Positions 1 to 10,314 of a stretch of 64,000 nt of DNA are shown piece by piece. The DNA comes from Bradymonadales bacterium (GTDB taxonomy: Bacteria > Myxococcota_A > Bradymonadia > JAFGEP01). Where the stretch lies: the NCBI GenBank assembly GCA_016931535.1, contig JAFGEP010000114.1:26412-90411 (forward strand), given 5' to 3'. The notes beneath the pieces were generated by a model. That model ran no database searches. It had not been told where the DNA came from and worked only from the letters and a program-made list of their open reading frames with translations. A program made the translations under genes and the position numbers. Numbering within the stretch: the first letter of the stretch is position 1; each line of letters starts with the position of its first letter.

Positions 1-150
1 CGAGTGAATCGGGTTGTTTTCCTGTGGCTGCGAACGGCTGAGCAGAGGACACAGCTGGGACCCCAGGATTTTCCCGGAGCCGGGCGATGCAGCCATCAAC
101 CAGCGGTCGCTGAGGTAGGTAGGTGACCTGGGTTTATTGTCAGGTTTGCG

Positions 151-252
151 TTCACGATCAGGTTCACGGTCACGATCAGGTTCACGGTCACGGTTACGAT
201 CACGGTCAGGTTCACGGTCACGGTCACGGTCACGGTCACGGTCACGGTCACG
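151..252. repeat. Hexamer tandem repeat, about 17 units (GTCACG/TTCACG/ATCAGG variants)
   Basis: Direct reading: ttcacg atcagg ttcacg gtcacg ... ending in a run of perfect gtcacg units, just downstream of the DUF134 gene stop. Confidence 0.95.
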
Positions 253-269
253 TTGTGGAAGCGGGGAGT

Positions 270-602
270 TCATGGGTCCTCCTCATCGTGACGGCGGCAG
301 TGCCGGTGTCCTTCCAGTTGGACGGGGCCGCCCTCGATGCGCAGCGCCTTTCCGTGTACCAGGACATCCGCCATCTTCCGGTGTGCCGAGTCGATGATCC
401 GACTGAAGGTCGGACGGGAGACGTTCATCCGATCGGCCGCCTGCTCCTGGTAGAGACCGTCGAGGTCAGCGAGCCGCATCGCCTCGAACTCGTCGAGGGT
501 CATCACCACCTCTTCGAGATCGAGCAGGGGAACGCTCAACGGCTTGAACACCGAAGCCCCGGGTCTTCCGGCGATGCGTCGACGGCAGAATGGTCTCGGC
601 AC
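270..602 (-). CDS. DUF134 (UPF0251) family putative DNA-binding protein
   Basis: MPRP..RR, FKP, LDEFEAMRLADLDGLYQEQAADRMNVSRPTFSRIIDSAHRKMADVLVHGKALRIEGG is the typical DUF134 HTH signature; GTG start. Confidence 0.92.
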   Translation of the reverse strand: MPRPFCRRRIAGRPGASVFKPLSVPLLDLEEVVMTLDEFEAMRLADLDGLYQEQAADRMNVSRPTFSRIIDSAHRKMADVLVHGKALRIEGGPVQLEGHRHCRRHDEEDP

Positions 603-624
603 CTTTCATCACCTCCGCCCTTCA

Positions 625-651
625 TTATTGACATATGTTCATAACTGTCAA
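625..651 (-). promoter_or_regulatory. Sigma70-like promoter overlapped by a palindromic operator upstream of the DUF134 gene
   Basis: Minus strand TTGACA-N16-AATAAT; near-palindrome TTATTGACATATGTTCATAA at 625-644 (8/10 arm match). Confidence 0.7.
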
Positions 652-848
652 GCGGGGGCGAAGATAGCGGACGAGAGCTGTTGGGGGGAGACGTGTCAGG
701 GAGTGCGGCGGGGAGTGCCAATTTGGCGGCAGAGACGGCGGACGAGAGATGTTTGGATAAGACGGGACCCTCGAGGGACTGACTCCAGGACAACAGGGCG
801 GGACAGGTGGAAGCGAGGACAGCAGACGATCCCGATGAGTGCGCCGTT

Positions 849-1394
849 TCAGGGATACGGCAGGGTGTAGCGAAGATGAACAGACCAGGCGCCTTCTCCC
901 CATTCGTCGCTGGCGCTGTCGGCTTCGCTGGTGATGTCGGTTGCCCAGAAGGGCACCTGGGCCAGCAGGTTGTCGATGGCTTCCTGAGCGGTGTCGGCGA
1001 ACTGGATGTCGGTTTCGTCGATGGTCTTCGGGGTCTGCCGGAGCAGGTTTTGCTGGAACCGTTCCTCAAGTTGGTCGGTCACACGCGCTATCCAGTGCAG
1101 GACCTGGTCATCGGTGTGGTCCTGCCCTTCCATGCCGGGATGGTTGCCCAGCACCAGCGTGCCCTTGGCGGCTTGTCTCAGCCGCTCGGCAAGGTTTTCC
1201 GGAGGGTTGGCCAGCAGCTCGCGGAGGCAGAAGAGGGCGTCGTCGGCGTACCACATGGCCGTCCGCAGCTGTTCCTCCCACAGACCGTAGGACTGGTCTG
1301 GGGTCATGTAGTGTCCGAACAGCTCGGCGAGCACCTTCAGGGCGAAGTCGACAGGTTGGGCGCGGTGCGCCTGGGATTCACTGTTGATCGACAC
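849..1394 (-). CDS. Putative immunity protein (acidic, helical) downstream of RNase-like toxin
   Basis: 181 aa; GTG start 13 nt after the toxin stop with GGAGA RBS; N-terminal 'LAELFGHYM..D' resembles CdiI-type immunity starts; function inferred from position. Confidence 0.6.
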   Translation of the reverse strand: MSINSESQAHRAQPVDFALKVLAELFGHYMTPDQSYGLWEEQLRTAMWYADDALFCLRELLANPPENLAERLRQAAKGTLVLGNHPGMEGQDHTDDQVLHWIARVTDQLEERFQQNLLRQTPKTIDETDIQFADTAQEAIDNLLAQVPFWATDITSEADSASDEWGEGAWSVHLRYTLPYP

Positions 1395-1407
1395 CGTGCT
1401 TCTCCGG

Positions 1408-2526
1408 TCAGCTGCAGGGGTAGGCGGTCAGCACGTACCAGCCGCCGTCGGTGGACGAGTCCACCCGGATGACGACGTGTACCTTGCTCAGGCTTCCGAC
1501 GGCATCCTTGGTGAGGGGGTTGGCCTTGGCGGTGTCGGAGTAGCTCGCCTTCTCGTTTTCCGGGGCACTCCCCTTGGCGGAGTCCCATTCCGGTTCGCCG
1601 GGGTACAGGGGCCGGTAACTATTGCCGCCCCGGTACTTGGGCTTGGCGGTGTCCGCATAGGCGGTTCCGACCGGATCGTCCGTTTTTTGCAGGGCCTCGA
1701 TATTGCCGGGCAGAGGGACGTCGATGGCGTCGATCTGGCTTCCTCGGGCGATCTTCAGGCGCAGCGTCTTCCAGTTGGCGACCAGGGTGCCGGTGATGGC
1801 CGAGCTGACGGCCGAGTTGGCCGTCGCGATGTTCTTGAAGGCGGAGGCGACGCCGTCTGCGCCCGGAGCGAAGGGGATGCGCCAGCCGGCGCGGTAGGCG
1901 AGGGCGACCCGGTCGCCGATGGTGCCGGCACCGTACACGTGTCGGTCGTGGCAGTGGGCGTGGTTGTTCTTGCCGTACTCGTCCAGCACGCTGGTGAAGG
2001 CGCGAGGAGCGTCGCCGTTGTTGTGAGCGAGCACCTGCTTCATGGCGGCCTCCACCACACCCAACCTCCGGCGTGCCATCTCGATCCGCCTGGTCTTGTC
2101 CGACTTGGCGACGTCCGGAACATCGACGGTCTCGGGGCCATAGGAGGTGGTCTCGAGGCAGGCGTTCCAGAGCTGATCCTCGCTGAGACCCGACCAGTCG
2201 TTGGCGATGAACCTCTTGGCCTCGGGGATGTACATGTAGGGTCCCATCTGGGCTTCCGGGATCAGGCTGGAGATGTCGCCGTGGGTCTTGACGGGCTTCA
2301 TCTGCACTACCGGCCCTGCCATCATCTGGACTGGGGGGGTAGCGATATTGGCCGCATCGGATTCGAGGTGGAGCTGTACGGGAGCGGCAGGAGCCAGGTA
2401 TGACTCCTGCTGTGGGTAGTCCATGCCGGCCAGCTTCGACGCCATGGAGAGGTCACCCGTGCTCGAACGGGAAACGCTTGCAGGGGATCGCTGGACGTTT
2501 CGGTGCGATGAGCTGAGGTCTTTCAT
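1408..2526 (-). CDS. Putative polymorphic toxin with C-terminal bacterial RNase A-like (CdiA-CT type) domain
   Basis: HAHCHDRHV (cf. GHxxxRHV), ASAF and C-terminal VHVVIR...GGWYVLTAYP match the CdiA-CT RNase A-like family pattern; low-complexity N-terminus with PVQ motifs. Confidence 0.7.
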   Translation of the reverse strand: MKDLSSSHRNVQRSPASVSRSSTGDLSMASKLAGMDYPQQESYLAPAAPVQLHLESDAANIATPPVQMMAGPVVQMKPVKTHGDISSLIPEAQMGPYMYIPEAKRFIANDWSGLSEDQLWNACLETTSYGPETVDVPDVAKSDKTRRIEMARRRLGVVEAAMKQVLAHNNGDAPRAFTSVLDEYGKNNHAHCHDRHVYGAGTIGDRVALAYRAGWRIPFAPGADGVASAFKNIATANSAVSSAITGTLVANWKTLRLKIARGSQIDAIDVPLPGNIEALQKTDDPVGTAYADTAKPKYRGGNSYRPLYPGEPEWDSAKGSAPENEKASYSDTAKANPLTKDAVGSLSKVHVVIRVDSSTDGGWYVLTAYPCS

Positions 2527-2757
2527 GTGGCTCTTGTCCTCTGTTGACTACAGAAAGGTAAGATGCTGAGCGCCCGTTCGCAAGATGAACGGAGCACGGA
2601 TTTGCCTGGCCCAGACTGTGAGGATTGCGGCCGAAGAAAACCACGGGAAGTGGACAGGAACGCGCCACAGTAACAGCGGAAGTGCCGTGTAGACAGAGGG
2701 GAAGGAGCAGATGGGGAACGCCGAGCGGTTGCCGGCCCGCAGTAGTCGGAGAGCCGC

Positions 2758-3279
2758 ATGATGCGCAAAAGAAGCCTTGCTGTGGTCCAACTGACCGATC
2801 GAAAAAGGGAGCCTTTGCCGGACGAGGGGTCGCGCTGCATGCCCGGAGAGGTCGGGAGAGCTGGATATGGCCGTCTGGGCCGGGCTCTGCTGGTGGCGGC
2901 GGGCACGTTGTTCGTGCTACTCGGCCTGATCGGGGTGGTGGTTCCGGTGTTGCCGACCACGCCATTTCTCCTGCTGGCGGGGGGCTGCTACCTGCGAAGC
3001 TCCCGGCGGCTGTACCGATGGCTCTACACCAACCGGGTCTTCGGCGAGTACCTGAGACGTTATCGAGATGGGGAAGGGCTGCCGCTGGCCACCAAGATCT
3101 GGACGCTGCTGTTGCTCTGGGTGACCCTCGCCACCTCGGCATTTTTGGTTGTGCCGGCCGGTTTGTGGTGGGTGCGCCTGCTGCTGTTGGCTGTGGGGCT
3201 GGGGGTGACCATCCACCTCGCGCGGATCAGGACCTGTCGAAAAGTCGATAGGCCAGCTCAGCAGCCCCAAGGCTCTTGA
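2758..3279 (+). CDS. ybaN: YbaN/DUF454 family inner membrane protein (true start may be downstream, about 2815-2839)
   Basis: LGLIGVVVPVLPTTPFLLLA..CY.RSS.RL..WL..NR.FG.YL signature. Confidence 0.88.
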   Translation: MMRKRSLAVVQLTDRKREPLPDEGSRCMPGEVGRAGYGRLGRALLVAAGTLFVLLGLIGVVVPVLPTTPFLLLAGGCYLRSSRRLYRWLYTNRVFGEYLRRYRDGEGLPLATKIWTLLLLWVTLATSAFLVVPAGLWWVRLLLLAVGLGVTIHLARIRTCRKVDRPAQQPQGS

Positions 3280-3531
3280 CCGCCGTTGTCCTGCCAGCGA
3301 AACCGGGCCATCCGCAGGTGGGATGGGGTGGACATCCGGTGATCGGTCGGCTCGACTTGGGCGATCCCTGTTGGCCATTCGCCGGAAACCAAAACGATAT
3401 CGAGGTGCTCTTCCCCGCCTTGGTGTATCGCGGCTCAACCACCGTCCAAGCGAGTCGCTGTCCGGTCGAAGGCTGCCTTTCAAGGAGTGAGGGTGCCGGC
3501 CATCGCTGTGCACCCGCAGACCACCAGTCGC

Positions 3532-4383
3532 TCAGGGATCCGTTCCCACGGTCACCTCGGCGATTCCCGACACTCGGATGATCGAACCGTAGTATGTCGG
3601 GCTCGGGGTCTGGTGGGTCACGGTGACATGAACGAACGAGCCGGTGCTGGCCGGCTTGGCCACCAGGTAGAGGACCTTGTCACCATTCGTGTCCAGCTCG
3701 ATGTCGGACAGCACCGTGAGCCAGGCCGGCGGTTGTGGCCAGATGTCGTCCACCCCGTCTGGAAGTGAGGAGAAGAGACCCGCCCGGAGGTCCTGATCCC
3801 AGGGGGCGGAGAGACTCACGGTTATGGGATAGGTTGCGTTCAGACCGTCGATGACCAGCCTGGTGATGTTACCACCCGTAAGGGAGCCCGACCAGACATG
3901 GGTCTCGTCGAAGAGGTAGTCGGGCTCCAGCACGAACCGCTCGTAGCTGACCTGAGGGCCTGCCGTTTCGAGAGGGGCCGTTTCGACCCAGAGGTTCTGG
4001 CGGGAGCCGCTTACCACCTGGATATTGTCGGCGAGGCCTTGATCCATCAGGTGATAGGTCACCGTCGGAAATCCCGCGCCCGAGGGGATGATCAGGTTGT
4101 AGGAGGCCACCACCAACCGTGAGGCGTTTTCGCTGACGTGGCCCAGATGTGCCCGGGCGATGCCGCCAGAGGCGCTCACCCGGGCGCCCACCGGCGATCC
4201 GTTCAATCCCATGAAGTACAGGCCGAACACCGCATAGTCCGCCTCGGAGGAGAGCGGGCCCGCTGCCACGCTCAGCCCGTCATCGAGTGCCAGATCTATG
4301 GTCTGTTGGCAGGCGAAGCCGACACCCGCCATTCCGGTGACAAAACTGACCAACAGTACAATCCGGTTCCGTATAGTTCGCAT
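3532..4383 (-). CDS. Hypothetical lipoprotein, paralog of 4414-5259
   Basis: Signal peptide ending GFAC; shares NITRLVID, DYLFD and VLYLVAKP blocks with the upstream gene. Confidence 0.8.
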   Translation of the reverse strand: MRTIRNRIVLLVSFVTGMAGVGFACQQTIDLALDDGLSVAAGPLSSEADYAVFGLYFMGLNGSPVGARVSASGGIARAHLGHVSENASRLVVASYNLIIPSGAGFPTVTYHLMDQGLADNIQVVSGSRQNLWVETAPLETAGPQVSYERFVLEPDYLFDETHVWSGSLTGGNITRLVIDGLNATYPITVSLSAPWDQDLRAGLFSSLPDGVDDIWPQPPAWLTVLSDIELDTNGDKVLYLVAKPASTGSFVHVTVTHQTPSPTYYGSIIRVSGIAEVTVGTDP

Positions 4384-4413
4384 TGCGGTCTCCGTTCTCA
4401 GCGTACGGGTGTC

Positions 4414-5259
4414 CTACCGCGCCTCAACCGCCAGGCTGGCCAGGCCGGAGGTGCGGACGTACAGGTACAGGATGGTCCCCGAGTTGGGAGCTAGCGTCAC
4501 GTGGTCCACGAAGCCGGCGGTTCCCGGCTTGGCGACCAGGTAGAGGACCCGGTCGCCACCGTTCAGGGGCACGTTGGAAACCGTGGAGGGCCAGGTGGAG
4601 GGGTCGGGCCAGAACTGTCCCGAGCTCACGTCCGGCAGGGTGGTAAACAGGCCATTGCTGTTGGATCCCATGCCGTCGGGGGATCTCACGGTGACGGTGA
4701 CGCTGGTAGCGCCGGTCAGGTCATCGATCACCAGGCGGGTGATGTTGGAGCCGTCCAGCGAGCCGGCATGAAGACCGGTCGCGTCGAACAGGTAGTCGGC
4801 GTTTAGGATCGGCCGTTCCGCACTGAACGCACTGGTGCCTCCGGCGTCTGAGGTCGTGATCTGGATCCCTTGCTGGGTGCCGCTGGTGACGTGCAGTGGC
4901 TGCACTCCCGCATCGGTGGACTGGAAGCTCCATTCCGAAAATCCGGTGACGCTGGGCGTGAAGAACCGCCAGGCGTAGGCCTCGGCCCGGACCGCATCCT
5001 CGGCGATGCGGGGGAAGGTTGCCCGCGCCACCCTGGTGGATCCATCCAGGGTGGTCTCCACCAGGGTACCCACTGGACATAGCTCCGGGTTACCAAGAAA
5101 GGCGAGGCAGATCACCGCGTGGGTGGCGGCGGAATCCAAGGGGCCGGCCGTCACGGAGAAGCCCACTTCCGGTTCCGGTTGGACCACGGTGTCCGAACAG
5201 CCGGAGATCCAAAGGAACATGCTCGCGATGAACAGCAGGGAAGCGTAAAAGCGACTCAT
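4414..5259 (-). CDS. Hypothetical lipoprotein, paralog of 3532-4383
   Basis: ATG at 5259 preceded by GGAGG; lipobox ISGC; beta-rich sequence. Confidence 0.8.
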   Translation of the reverse strand: MSRFYASLLFIASMFLWISGCSDTVVQPEPEVGFSVTAGPLDSAATHAVICLAFLGNPELCPVGTLVETTLDGSTRVARATFPRIAEDAVRAEAYAWRFFTPSVTGFSEWSFQSTDAGVQPLHVTSGTQQGIQITTSDAGGTSAFSAERPILNADYLFDATGLHAGSLDGSNITRLVIDDLTGATSVTVTVRSPDGMGSNSNGLFTTLPDVSSGQFWPDPSTWPSTVSNVPLNGGDRVLYLVAKPGTAGFVDHVTLAPNSGTILYLYVRTSGLASLAVEAR

Positions 5260-5666
5260 CGATGAGACCTCCTCGGTATACGAAACCGCCCATCGCTCGC
5301 CGGCCAGGTCGATGGCCGCTGGGCGTTCGCGATTGGATGTCCGTTTGAAACCGTCCAGAGTCCATAGCGTACAAATAAACAATATCCTTCATACTAGATC
5401 GACGTAGTAAGTCAATAGCAGTCACATAGGAATGTGGCATCGGTCACTTTGGTGCCGGATGTCCAAAACCCCCACCCAATCGCCAGCCGACTGGCGCTAC
5501 TCCATTGGCTTTCTTCCGTGAAGGAGCCGCGAGCTTCGCCGTGGTGTCGGGGCTGGTTGAGCCTTCAAGTGGCCTGGTGTATTGTGCAAAGACGTTTCTA
5601 TCCGCAAGGAATCGGACACCCCAGAGGATCGACACCTTGAGGCGTCTGGGGAGAAGTGAGGTGACG

Positions 5667-6281
5667 ATGAAGAAGCATCCTGGTCCCCGTTGTTGGCGTT
5701 TCCCCTTTGATCTGTGGCTGGCAGCCATGGTGCTGACGGCATCCACCTGTGGGGACGATGACCAAAACGACGGGCCGTCCGTGGATGCCGCGGTGGACGC
5801 AGAGATTGAGGGGCTTGCGGAAGCGGGTGATGTCCCGACAGGCCACGACTGTGACACCGCCTGCTACCTGGCCTACCTCGAGGGCAACATCACCTGCGAG
5901 GACGAGTACCAGAGTTGCGCTGCCGGTTGTGATGGAGAAGTCACCTGCCTCAATGGCTGCGCCGGACCCAGGGCAACCTGTGTCCTCGGGTACCTGGGAA
6001 CCTTCTACGACTGCGCCCAAGGCTGCGACGACTGCATCAAGGCCTACTACGCCGAGGTGGCGCGCTGCGAAGAGGAGTACCCCGAGGGATCCATGCGGGA
6101 GGGGTGCATGGATGGGGCCATGAGCGACATGGTAGACTGCCTCGGTTGGGATGCGGTCTGCTTTGAGACCGTTGAGACCGAGTACGGCTCCTGCCTGGCC
6201 GGATGCCAGACCGATGCGCTGTGCCATTCGGGCTGTCGGGAGACCTGGTACGATCGGCAGCGGGGTTGTCTACAGGAATGA
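5667..6281 (+). CDS. Cys-rich acidic secreted protein or lipoprotein
   Basis: ATG 5667 after GAGGT; hydrophobic stretch then ASTCGDDD; recurring Cx3C / Cx6Cx3C spacing. Confidence 0.75.
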   Translation: MKKHPGPRCWRFPFDLWLAAMVLTASTCGDDDQNDGPSVDAAVDAEIEGLAEAGDVPTGHDCDTACYLAYLEGNITCEDEYQSCAAGCDGEVTCLNGCAGPRATCVLGYLGTFYDCAQGCDDCIKAYYAEVARCEEEYPEGSMREGCMDGAMSDMVDCLGWDAVCFETVETEYGSCLAGCQTDALCHSGCRETWYDRQRGCLQE

Positions 6282-6387
6282 ACCCCAGCGCAGCAGGTGG
6301 AAACACCCTGGACCTCGAGCGAGAAGGAGCTCAGTCAAGCTGGAGTCAGTGGGCAGAGGAGATCTGGAAGAGAGAGGGAGGACAGTC

Positions 6388-6708
6388 ATGAGATACCTGG
6401 TTGCAGCATGTTTGCTCGTTGTGAACGCCGTCATCGGCGCGGCGCTCGGGTTCGGGCTTGGGGCGGCGATCCTCAGGATCTACGAGAACCATGCTCAAGA
6501 TATGAGCCACAAGACCGGTGATACCATCATCGGAGTGACGACCGTCGTCGTCTGCATTGTCGTGGTGTTTGTTCTGGCACTTGTAGAATGGCGTTTCTAC
6601 AAGAAGAACTACAAGGAGTGTGTCCAGTGTGCCTCACTGATCCGTGCCCGGGCGACCAAGTGTCCCCGGTGCGGCAGCGAGCAGACCACCGCTTCGGCCC
6701 AGTCCTGA
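6388..6708 (+). CDS. Small two-TM membrane protein with C-terminal zinc ribbon
   Basis: GGAGG RBS; two hydrophobic segments; CVQC-x10-CPRC. Confidence 0.8.
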   Translation: MRYLVAACLLVVNAVIGAALGFGLGAAILRIYENHAQDMSHKTGDTIIGVTTVVVCIVVVFVLALVEWRFYKKNYKECVQCASLIRARATKCPRCGSEQTTASAQS

Positions 6709-6737
6709 CGGTCGACAATAGAGCGAAGGACCAGCCG

Positions 6738-8251
6738 TCACCAATCCCGCCCCAGGGCCGCCAGGAGCCTGGCTCGTGCCGAGGCCAGGTTGTAGTCGGC
6801 CTGAACCATGTCGGCCCGGGCGGTGGTGAGCCTGAGCTGGGCGTCGGAAAGCTCGATGGCGCTGCCCACGCCGTTCTCGTATCGTCCCTCGGCAAGACGC
6901 AGCTGCTCTTCAGCCAGCGCGACCGATTCCCGGGCGGCCTCCACCGCGCTCAGGGCGGCCCGGATCGCCAGGCGGGCCTGCTCCACCTCGCTGTGAACCT
7001 GCTGGCGCACCAGGTCTCGCTGGAACTGAAGAGCGGAGAGCTCGGCGTCCGCCTCCCGTACCTGAGCCCGCAGTCGCCCTCCCTGGTAGAAAGACCAGTT
7101 CAGGTTGACCCCGACACCGAAGTTCCAGGCCATCTCATCGAACTGGGAACCGGCTTCGCTCATGCTGGCAACGGCGGAGAGAGTGGGCCAGTAGGCCGCC
7201 CGGGCTGCCCTGCGTTGGTGGTCCTGGGATTGGATGCGCAGGTCGACAACGGACAGGTCGAGGCGGGAGGCCAAGGCTTCCTCGAGCAACTGGCCGGAGG
7301 AATCGTTTTCGCCCTCCAGCGGTGGCATCACATCGCCGGCCAATCGGTAGTCGGTCGGACCGGTCACTCCCATGGCCAGGTTGAGATCCAGGCGAGCCAG
7401 CTCAAAAGCGTTCTCCGCGTTGATGAGTAACAGGCGGGCATTGGCCAGATCGGAACGGGCCTGGATCAGATCGATCTGGGGGCGGGTCCCCATCTCGACG
7501 AAGGCCTCGATCTGTTCCAGGTGCCGCTGCTGGTTGGCGACGGAATCCAGGGCCACTTGCACCATGGCCTGGGTAGCGGTGGCGTTGAAGTAGGCCAGGC
7601 GGGTGTCGAGCAACGCCTGCTGGATGGTCAGATCGCGGTTGTCCCGCTCGATCTCCTCCGTCGTCTCGGTCGCACGGCGGCGGTTGTTGGTCTGACCGAA
7701 GTCCCAGAGGAGCTGGCTGGCCGACAGGCCGAACCGGAAGGAGTTGAAGGTGTCGAACAGGCCGTGGGACTCTCCGGTCACACCGTTCGCCTGGGAGGGG
7801 GAGTTGGCGCTTGACCGCTCGTAGCCGATGGAGGCGCTGACCTGGGGGAGCAAGGAGGAGAAGGCCTGGTCGGACCGGGCCTGGGCCGAACGGAGCGAGG
7901 CCTCCGCCTGTCCGAGCGAGGGGTGGTTGGCCAGCGTGGTAGCCAGCGCCTGCTCCAGGGTGAGCAGCGAGGGTTCTTCCGTCTCCTGGGCCGAACCAGG
8001 CAGGGCCACCAGACAGAGGAGAAGGGCCAGGGACGCTCGCGCGATGCGATTCCCGAGCGCTGGTGGCCCGATCGGTTTTCTGCGTGTCGATGGATGCCGT
8101 TGGAGGTTGTCTTTAAGCAGTCTGCCATCTGTCCCATGGTCGAGAGGGCGACTGGTGGTAGGGCCGACAGGTGTTGTGCCACCCGGTGATCGGTTGTGGG
8201 TGATCTGTGCAGGCGCGCCACCACCCGTCGGGGGTTGGGAATATTCTGGCA

Positions 8252-8255
<4 letters not shown>
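6738..8255 (-). CDS. TolC family outer membrane efflux protein
   Basis: LTLEQAL..TLANHPSL, LLPQVS, QLLWDFG, RYENGVGS.IELSDAQ; ATGA overlap with the permease stop (start uncertain). Confidence 0.9.
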
Positions 8256-10302
<2,047 letters not shown>

Positions 10303-10314
10303 TCCGACACCCCT

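Noticed and set aside
123..644. His/Gly-rich ORF (123-644) and Arg/Ser-rich ORF (137-397)
   Set aside because: Both are translations of the hexamer microsatellite and lie antisense to the well-supported DUF134 gene
3227..3581. Short ORFs between ybaN and the lipoprotein pair
   Set aside because: No recognisable motif or clear RBS, and they overlap neighbouring genes; may be a remnant but cannot be supported
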